44,897 nucleotides of DNA from Candidatus Borrarchaeota archaeon. Its GTDB lineage: Archaea; Asgardarchaeota; Sifarchaeia; Borrarchaeales; Borrarchaeaceae. The translations under genes were made by a program, and so were the position numbers. The notes under the pieces are model-generated. The model saw only the letters and a list, made by a program, of their open reading frames with translations, did not search any database and had not been told where the DNA came from. Positions 37,766-44,469 of this stretch are shown one piece after another. How positions within the stretch are numbered: the first letter of the stretch is position 1; each line of letters begins with the position of its first letter. The stretch covers positions 1 to 44,897 of the forward strand of contig JAEOSO010000001.1 in the NCBI GenBank assembly GCA_016840315.1, given 5' to 3'.

Positions 37766-38311
37766 ATGAATTTGCCAAAAGTTGTTATATTAAGATACGG
37801 TCATCGCACAATACGCGATAAGCGAGTTAGCACACATACAGCGCTTGTTGCCAGAGCATTTGGAGCGGATGGACTATACTTTGACACGATTGACAAAGAA
37901 CTCAAAACTAATATAGAAAGGGTCGTAGAACGATTCGGAGGACCATTCTTTGTCAAAATGGGCGACTCTTGGAATGATATGATCGAAAGATGGCGATCGG
38001 AGGGAGGTGAGATTATTCATTTAACGATGTATGGGCTTCCACTTCCAGAAGTTATCGAGGAAATAAAGCAATCATCAAAGAAAAAACTGGTCGTAGTAGG
38101 CTCAGAGAAGGTACCTGGAAAGATTTATCAGATCTCAGATTACAATGTTGCTGTTACGAATCAGCCACACTCTGAAATCGCAGCTCTTTGCATATTTTTA
38201 GATCGTATCTTCGATGGAAGGGCGGTTGAGGGAAGTATACAATTTAAAGGTGCAAAATTGAAAATTATTCCGAGTGCACGAGGTAAACATGTGAAAGAAT
38301 GCAGTATTTGA
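37766..38311 (+). CDS. trm56: tRNA (cytidine56-2'-O)-methyltransferase aTrm56
   Basis: LRYGHRTIRDKRVSTHTALVARAFGADG SPOUT N-terminus, about 180 aa. Confidence 0.85.
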   Translation: MNLPKVVILRYGHRTIRDKRVSTHTALVARAFGADGLYFDTIDKELKTNIERVVERFGGPFFVKMGDSWNDMIERWRSEGGEIIHLTMYGLPLPEVIEEIKQSSKKKLVVVGSEKVPGKIYQISDYNVAVTNQPHSEIAALCIFLDRIFDGRAVEGSIQFKGAKLKIIPSARGKHVKECSI

Positions 38312-38465
38312 CATACGAAAGGTGTACACGCTGAACTTTAAGAGCCATCCTGTTGACTAACACACGCGAAAGATATGAGGACGTCTTAGCGTTCTAATAG
38401 AGGTTGAAAAAACAGAAATTACTTGGATAAAAGAACATAAAAACTTTTACGTCCTATACTATGAG

Positions 38466-39082
38466 ATGAGGGGTATTTCAAGGAAAGCCACAAAGCGTTC
38501 ATTGGTGTCCAGAAAAAAGGGAGTTTAGATACCTTTGTCAAGGAGGAATCGAAGATCCAGAGTGAGGCAAAGCAGCAGGAGATACTGAATACCTTTGTAG
38601 AAGAGATAGGAGGCAGTGATGCACTCCAAATCATCGAGATCTTATCTTCTTCGAATAAAGAAATAACGGATGAAGAATTATCTACAGAAACTGATCTCCG
38701 CTTAAACATTGTAAGAAAGATTCTTTATAAATTATATGACAACCAACTTGCTTCTTATCGAAGAACAAGAGATCAAAATACAGGCTGGTTTGTATATTAT
38801 TGGAAATTGGTTCCAAATCGAGTAAAAGAATTATTGCTTAAACGAAAGAAACAAGTCTTGAAGGTCCTTGAGGATCGTCTCGCATACGAACAGACAAATA
38901 TGTTTTTTGAATGCTCGACGTCAACCTGCTCTCGTCTAACCTTTACACAGGCCGTAGAAAACTCATTTCGGTGTCCAACCTGTGGTAAGGTATTAAATCA
39001 TCAACAAAATGAAAATATTATTACATTTCTTGAGAAAAAATTGAAAGACTTAAAACGCTCAATTGAAAATGGAACCTCATAG
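38466..39082 (+). CDS. tfe: Transcription factor E alpha; the conserved frame (38519-39082) has no canonical start and joins ATG 38466 only through a -1 shift at 38513-38519
   Basis: EEIGGSDALQIIEIL..ITDEELSTETDLRLNIVRKILYKLYDNQLASYRRTRDQNTGWFVYYW is the winged helix. The zinc ribbon is C..C..CPTC. The ORF track only reports 38807-39082. Confidence 0.7.
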
Positions 39083-39296
39083 CTTTTAAACCCTTATTTG
39101 ATGTTAAGTGGTTTCTTTTTATAATTAAGACAATTTATGGGGCTTTGAGGTAAATTTGATATGAAAGGACACGTTCACGAATATAGCAAAACCTTTTTTA
39201 GTAAAATTGCATGAAAAATTTGGAACTCGGTTGTAACTAATATCATTGAAAGAGCTATATCACGATGATTCCATAAAATTTTGGTGAAATAAAAAA

Positions 39297-40151
39297 ATGA
39301 AGGTTAACGAAATAGTCCAAGAGATCCAAACTACTTATGATATCGTTGGAAGAGAGCATGAACTCAAGAAAGTGGTAATAGCAAATCTTGCAGGACAACA
39401 TGCACTTATTGAAGGGTCCGTTGGTGTTGGAAAAACAATATTAGCAAAAGCAGTTGCATCACATTTTAACAAAGACTTCCTAAGGGTCGATGGTGATGAA
39501 CGCTTTACAGAAAGCAAACTAGCTGGTATATTCGATCCTCCTATGGTTCTTAAGGAAGGGTGGACCTGGAATTCTTTTGTCCCTGGTCCTTTGACTAAGG
39601 CAATGCAAACAGGTGCTATTCTGTTTATTAATGAGGCCAATCGCCTTCCAGAGGGCACACAAAACGTGCTGTTACCAGCTCTTGATGAACGGCAAATTAT
39701 TATCCCTAAACTCGGGATTGTTAAAGGAGAAAATGGTTTTCAGATTATTGCTACTCAAAACCCTGAAGAATTCATTGGAACAACTACTCTTTGTGAAGCG
39801 TTAAAAGATCGATTTGTGTGGGTAAAATTAGACTACCAAAGTGAAGAGGAAGAAAGAAGAATTGTTAAACTCCAGTCCCAATGCGAAGACGACCAAACAA
39901 TTAAGAAGGTAGTCGCTATTGTTCGTACAACACGGGATTATGCTGACCTTCGAAGAGGGTCCTCAGTAAGAGGCGCATTAGATCTCGCAAACATTATACG
40001 CTTCTATGACTCTCCCGCCACAACATATGAAGATTGGGTAAGCAGCGCTATTATGGCATTGGCAACTAAGATCGAACTTGAGGATGGTTTGGAAAAATCT
40101 ATAGAAGAAGTAATTCGTGAAATTGTAGGATATGTATTGGGGGATTTTTAG
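39297..40151 (+). CDS. MoxR-like AAA+ ATPase
   Basis: Walker A GSVGVGKT. Walker B region ILFINEANRL has Asn where MoxR proteins usually have Asp. Sensor ATQNP, DRF. Confidence 0.8.
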   Translation: MKVNEIVQEIQTTYDIVGREHELKKVVIANLAGQHALIEGSVGVGKTILAKAVASHFNKDFLRVDGDERFTESKLAGIFDPPMVLKEGWTWNSFVPGPLTKAMQTGAILFINEANRLPEGTQNVLLPALDERQIIIPKLGIVKGENGFQIIATQNPEEFIGTTTLCEALKDRFVWVKLDYQSEEEERRIVKLQSQCEDDQTIKKVVAIVRTTRDYADLRRGSSVRGALDLANIIRFYDSPATTYEDWVSSAIMALATKIELEDGLEKSIEEVIREIVGYVLGDF

Positions 40152-40294
40152 AAAAGGAGAGGACATTTCAACTAGATGTCCTTGATGATATACCACAAAA
40201 AGAGTTTTCTCCATCATGGGATTTCTCAAAAGAAAATATCCTAGAATCAGAAATTGCTTCTGGATCCAAAAAATCTCCAAAGTCTTATTCTCAG

Positions 40295-41263
40295 TTGGCA
40301 GAAGGTCTTCCATATAGCACGATTTCTCGTCTAGCTGAATCTGCCATTCAAAATGAGAATCTTTCTGCTCTTCTAGGACTCGCAATATGCAGTCAACGAG
40401 CTGTAGCAGATACTTTATCCTCTAAAGATGGCGTTGAATTATTTTCCAATAATATTCAGAAGAGTTCAGAAGCGATTCCAGAGTTATTCTTTCTCCTTAA
40501 GAAGTCATTCTCTCAAGGATATCTCCCTATTTTTCGGAGATTAACGCGAAATTTCATCATAAAGGCCGCAATGCGGATAAGTGGACGAGGATTAAGAGGA
40601 GATCTTAAGAGGGATGCAATATTTGAACCCGGAATGTCAGAGTTCTCCGTGGAAAAAACCATTGATCGCTTTTTGGAAAAATATTCTGAAGATAACTTGC
40701 TAACCTATAAGGACATTGTAGGTATAGAGAAGACTGAACGGAGAAAGACAGGTGTGCTGATGTTAGATACTTCTGGATCCATGTATGGAGAAAAAATGGT
40801 GAATGCCTGCCTTACTGTTGCGGTGCTCAGCCATCACATGCAGAAAGATGAATACGCGGTTATAATTTTCAACAATGATGCGAATGTCATTAAAAAAATT
40901 GATGCAAAAACTGAAATTTCCGAATTGATTGAAGCGATACTCGACATGGAACCCGCCGGATACACCAATATAGAAGCGGCCTTAAAGAAAGGTTTACTCG
41001 AATTGGGGAAAAAAAGAATGAATCCACGAAAATGGGGTATTCTCGTAACAGACGGAGAGTACAATAAGGGGGGAGATCCCAGACCATTTGCACGTAGTTT
41101 CCCAAAACTTCATGTCATCCAGTCGCCTTCCCAAAGCGCCGCCATAAAAAAGGGCGAACGTTTATGCAAAGATCTGGCTAGATATGGAAAAGGACGCTAT
41201 GCAAAGGTGCATTCTCACGCAGAGATTCCTAGAGTACTGATGAACTTGCTGAAAAAAGTGTAG
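40295..41263 (+). CDS. von Willebrand factor A (VWA) domain protein; the real start is probably upstream of the TTG at 40295
   Basis: MIDAS LMLDTSGSM and ILVTDGE. The same frame is open and protein-like back to 40121. Confidence 0.75.
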   Translation: MAEGLPYSTISRLAESAIQNENLSALLGLAICSQRAVADTLSSKDGVELFSNNIQKSSEAIPELFFLLKKSFSQGYLPIFRRLTRNFIIKAAMRISGRGLRGDLKRDAIFEPGMSEFSVEKTIDRFLEKYSEDNLLTYKDIVGIEKTERRKTGVLMLDTSGSMYGEKMVNACLTVAVLSHHMQKDEYAVIIFNNDANVIKKIDAKTEISELIEAILDMEPAGYTNIEAALKKGLLELGKKRMNPRKWGILVTDGEYNKGGDPRPFARSFPKLHVIQSPSQSAAIKKGERLCKDLARYGKGRYAKVHSHAEIPRVLMNLLKKV

Positions 41264-41510
41264 TTATTTTTTTTGCTAACAAATTTCTAATCAGATTTTC
41301 CAAACTCACATTTATTTTCATAGCTTTTTGTGATTTTGTAAAAAAACCATGAAATTTTGGCACCATTTCCGTATCACCTATCAAGGTTAAGAATCACGAT
41401 CACGGCTTTTCTGCCTATTAAAAGAAAGATTGGCACAGAATTTATCAATGCCCGTGAAGATTTGAAGACTACCAATAACTGCGCTAAAAAATTCCAAATT
41501 TACTGGGGTG

Positions 41511-41858
41511 ATGCACATGGAATGGGATATTCAAAGTGTCCTTAAAAGTGTCTTTGGAAAAATCGTTGAAGTTGGATTCAATGAAAACGGACCACATGCC
41601 GACATATATCTTAAAAATCTATTAACACCATTGAGAGAATACATCTATCAGTTTTTTGAAGTTGTAGATGCGAAATTACTACTACCTCGCGATCATCATT
41701 TGTTTTCGCAATTCATGAAAGCAATTGCTGATATCTTCGTTGGAGTCGAAGCTTTTCTGTCCGGAGTACTTGATCGGGAGAAATTACTCAGTCTATTACA
41801 AAAAACTGAGAAGATTCTGTTGAACTCCGATGCTGCGACACTTTTCCTAGGATCTTAG
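41511..41858 (+). CDS. Small predicted helical hypothetical protein (about 115 aa)
   Basis: ORF with GGGG upstream of GTG/ATG 41508/41511. No recognised motif. Confidence 0.45.
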   Translation: MHMEWDIQSVLKSVFGKIVEVGFNENGPHADIYLKNLLTPLREYIYQFFEVVDAKLLLPRDHHLFSQFMKAIADIFVGVEAFLSGVLDREKLLSLLQKTEKILLNSDAATLFLGS

Positions 41859-41900
41859 GCGATTTTTGCCAAATATATAAGATTTGGAGGAGAATAAATT

Positions 41901-42002
41901 ATGGAAATAAATAATCAAAGTCCAAAAATAGATGAAAATAAAAGAGATAACACTAAGCGTTTTCTCTTCTATAGAGAAGATGTTTTTCCAGTTCCCTTTT
42001 GA
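41901..42002 (+). CDS. 33-codon upstream ORF whose stop overlaps the GTPase start
   Basis: GGAGGAG about 7 nt upstream of ATG 41901. The TGA at 42000-42002 overlaps TTG 41999-42001. Confidence 0.3.
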   Translation: MEINNQSPKIDENKRDNTKRFLFYREDVFPVPF

Positions 42003-42631
42003 AGGGGGTGACAAAATTTCAAAAAAACTCTCTAAAAAACTCATTACGTCTCGTTGAAAGAGAAACCAGTGAAAAAAGCACTGTAGAAGAACGCGAGAGA
42101 CCAAAAAAGGAATATGTAGTCAAAATAATCGTTGCTGGAGACGGGGGCGTAGGGAAAACAAGTTTACTAAATAGATATATCTCAAATGAATTTGTAGAAG
42201 GCATGAAACTTACTGTCGGGACTGATTTCTTTACTCACGTCTGCGACTGTAAAGGGCGTACCTTAAAAATTCAAGTCTGGGATTTTGGTGGCGAACCAAG
42301 ATTCAGATTCATCCTCCCAGATTATTGCAAGGGTGCGTGCGGTGTTTTGCTGGCCTTTGACCTAAATGATTTTGCCACGTTGATAAACTTGAATGAATGG
42401 CTACAAATTATCAGGGAAAACGTAGCAGATTCCGTAACAATTCTGGTTGGAACGAAAGCAGACCACGCAGAGTTTTTGGACGAGGAAACTATTAAACAAT
42501 TTTGTATAATAAATGAAATCGACGAATTCATCCCAACAAGTTCGAAAACGGGTGAAAACGTAGATTTTGTATTTTACGAGTTAATAAGACGTATTATAAC
42601 AAAAAAAATAAGTTTTGGCGGGGTTAAGTAA
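41999..42631 (+). CDS. Ras/Rab-like small GTPase
   Basis: G1 GDGGVGKT, switch I Thr (LTVGTDF), G3 WDFGGEPRF, G4 TKAD, G5 SSK. Start uncertain (TTG 41999 or GTG 42008). Confidence 0.8.
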   Translation: MKGVTKFQKNSLKNSLRLVERETSEKSTVEERERPKKEYVVKIIVAGDGGVGKTSLLNRYISNEFVEGMKLTVGTDFFTHVCDCKGRTLKIQVWDFGGEPRFRFILPDYCKGACGVLLAFDLNDFATLINLNEWLQIIRENVADSVTILVGTKADHAEFLDEETIKQFCIINEIDEFIPTSSKTGENVDFVFYELIRRIITKKISFGGVK

Positions 42632-42990
42632 TGTTAAACAGTCTGGCAGAGAATGAAAGTAATAATCAAAATCCAAATTTGGAAATTTTATTCTTTACGT
42701 CTTCCATTAATCCTCATCCTAAGATAGAAAAATATCTTGTAGAGACGATTGAGAAAAGAAAATTACCGATAAAAGTTACTAAGATAGACGTATTAAGAGC
42801 CCCGGAAGCCGCGGAGAAACATAATATAATCGTATGCCCTACACTTATTTTCCGTGACTTTATGAAAGTGTACGGTAATTGTGAGCAAGAAGAACTAGAA
42901 GACCTTTTATCTACCTATGGTTCTCTGACGACTTCTGAATTTCAGCATCAATCAGTCATTACACCAATTGGTGAGAGTCATTATGTATAA
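42631..42990 (+). CDS. KaiB/thioredoxin-fold protein, paralog 1 (no CxxC)
   Basis: LEILFFTSSINPHP..IDVLRAPEAAEKHNIIVCPTLIF, with a cis-Pro loop of the Trx fold. The ATG overlaps the GTPase stop (TAATG). Confidence 0.65.
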   Translation: MLNSLAENESNNQNPNLEILFFTSSINPHPKIEKYLVETIEKRKLPIKVTKIDVLRAPEAAEKHNIIVCPTLIFRDFMKVYGNCEQEELEDLLSTYGSLTTSEFQHQSVITPIGESHYV

Positions 42991-43342
42991 TAGTCCAACG
43001 GTAGAGAATGCAAGTCATAATCAAAATCCAAATTTGGAAATTTTATTCTTTACGTCTCCCTTTAGTCCTCATCCCAAACTAGAGCGGCGGCTTTTGAAGG
43101 CGATTGAAAAAAAAGAATTGCCAATAAAGGTAACCAAAATAAATGTTTTAAGAGCCCCCGAGGCTGCGGAGGAATATAATATAGTCGCATGTCCCACACT
43201 TATTTTCCGCAACTTCATGAAAGTATATGGAAATTGTGAACGAGAAGAGTTGGAAGAGCTAGTATTAAATTATTCCTTATTGTCTTCAGAATTTCAACAT
43301 CAATCAACTATTACAGCTTTTGGCGGTGTAAATCATGTTTAA
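42983..43342 (+). CDS. KaiB/thioredoxin-fold protein, paralog 2 (no CxxC)
   Basis: Near-duplicate of paralog 1, sharing a stretch of about 38 identical nt (aatcaaaatccaaatttggaaattttattctttacgtc). The ATG overlaps the preceding stop by 8 nt. Confidence 0.65.
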   Translation: MYNSPTVENASHNQNPNLEILFFTSPFSPHPKLERRLLKAIEKKELPIKVTKINVLRAPEAAEEYNIVACPTLIFRNFMKVYGNCEREELEELVLNYSLLSSEFQHQSTITAFGGVNHV

Positions 43343-43685
43343 CTATCCGACAACAGAGAAAAAAAACCATAATCAAGATTCAATTTTGGAAATCTTATTT
43401 TTTTCCTCGCCAGCATGCGGTCCTTGCCCCATAATGGAAAAACGTATTTTAGAAGCAATAGACAAAAAGAAATTGCCAATAAAAGTGAAGAAAATCGATG
43501 TTATAAAATATCCTGAGGCAGCAGAGGAATATGATGTAGTAGCGTGTCCAACACTTATTTTTCCCAACTTTATGAGAGTGTGTGGTTGCTATGAGACAGA
43601 GATCATTGAGGAATTGATATCTACTTATTTTGCTTCTGCTTTTGAATTTCAGACGATCAAGCAACCAGAAATAAGTTCTAAATGA
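43335..43685 (+). CDS. Thioredoxin-like protein, paralog 3, with a canonical CGPC motif
   Basis: LEILFFSSPACGPCP..IDVIKYPEAAEEYDVVACPTLIF. Same 8-nt overlap junction as paralog 2. Confidence 0.7.
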   Translation: MFNYPTTEKKNHNQDSILEILFFSSPACGPCPIMEKRILEAIDKKKLPIKVKKIDVIKYPEAAEEYDVVACPTLIFPNFMRVCGCYETEIIEELISTYFASAFEFQTIKQPEISSK

Positions 43686-43704
43686 TTGAACAAAGCAAAT
43701 TAAT

Positions 43705-43935
43705 TTACTCTGGACGACGTTCTGGAATAGAGCCCGTTTGTTTGCCTGACGCAAAAAGTTCTTTCGTTAAATACAGGCCGCAATAACATTGACCATATTC
43801 TTCCAAATCAGGTTTAGCATACACACAAGGGCAGATTATATCCTTATCTTCGTCCCTCAAGCCCTCCACAAGTCGACAGGGGCAAGAAAAATACTCATAG
43901 CGATTCCAGTTAGTTGTCAATCCTTCACGAAGCAA
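43705..43935 (-). CDS. Ferredoxin:thioredoxin reductase catalytic-subunit-like protein, 5'-truncated by a MITE; the conserved frame continues to 43968
   Basis: CPCRLVEGLRDEDKDIICPCVYAKPDLEEYGQCYCGLY shows the CPC..CPC..C(H/Y)C signature. Only a TTG start remains at 43935. Confidence 0.65.
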   Translation of the reverse strand: MLREGLTTNWNRYEYFSCPCRLVEGLRDEDKDIICPCVYAKPDLEEYGQCYCGLYLTKELFASGKQTGSIPERRPE

Positions 43936-43968
43936 CTGTACAAGTTCTTTATCGTGATTTAACTTTAT

Positions 43969-44352
43969 CGGCGGGAAGTCCCCATCCGACAGCGAGGATA
44001 TGAAAGCCGCTAGCTTTATATAGTTTGTTGCAACGAAGAGTTACGATGAATATCGGGAGGAAGGCAGGGATACAAGACTCCCGGTAGGAGGACAGAAGAG
44101 GCGGCCTTGTGAGCGAGGATTTTACAGTTGTTAACCAGCGCGAATAACCGCGAAGGTAACAGTACAATGGCATTTGACGAATCCGTATAGTGTGATGCTG
44201 GAACTGAAGTTTCCTATCACAGAATGCCAGGTGGACGGGCCATCCTCAAAAGGGGATGAACTGCGACACACAGCCGAACGTAAAACGAGAGTTTCCCGCA
44301 TGGGTTGGGAGGACTCGCAGGAAGCTCCAGCCGTAAGGGTGGAGTAGTTCAC
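43969..44352 (+). mobile_element. tnpB-less IS200/IS605-derived MITE (384 bp) carrying an omega-RNA scaffold
   Basis: GC-rich. It starts after TTAT (43965-43968) with a hairpin region similar to the right-end hairpin and ends in GTAGTTCAC (44344-44352). No long ORF in the sense orientation. Confidence 0.65.
44213..44352 (+). ncRNA. Orphan TnpB omega (right-end) RNA scaffold, copy 2 of the 66-209 family
   Basis: Aligns over about 140 nt with 66-209, with identical blocks (cctatcacagaatgcc, ctgcgacacacagccgaa, ggaggactcgcaggaag) and compensatory stem changes. Confidence 0.55.
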
Positions 44353-44379
44353 TTCCCAGCCTTGATGTTTGGCAACCAT
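44353..44379 (-). pseudogene. Displaced first nine codons (MVAKHQGWE) of the interrupted FTR-like gene
   Basis: ATG at 44379. The reading frame runs directly into the MITE right end. It joins 43968 in frame if 43969-44352 is removed. Confidence 0.5.
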
Positions 44380-44469
44380 TTTAGTAAATAATTATGTATC
44401 TTCGATGGCTTTTTTCGTAATGACACATCACCATTCTAATAAACAAAATATCTTAGTAGCGAGATTTCA

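Noticed and set aside
38419-38709. 96-aa minus-strand ORF from the ORF track
   Set aside because: It is antisense to the clearly conserved TFE-alpha winged-helix coding frame and has a low-complexity Ser/Phe-rich product. Treated as a shadow ORF.
41357-41545. 62-aa ORF upstream of the 115-aa helical protein
   Set aside because: TTG start, no ribosome-binding site, and overlaps the better-supported start at 41508-41517. I considered a frameshifted N-terminal extension, but the required shift (+1) does not match an obvious slippery site.
43949-44173. 74-aa minus-strand ORF within the MITE
   Set aside because: It lies in GC-rich IS-derived sequence, has no motif and is in a different frame from the flanking gene fragments.
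44131-44379. 82-aa minus-strand ORF
   Set aside because: Only its first 9 codons look genuine (the start of the interrupted FTR-like gene). The rest is read-through into the antisense of the MITE omega-RNA scaffold.
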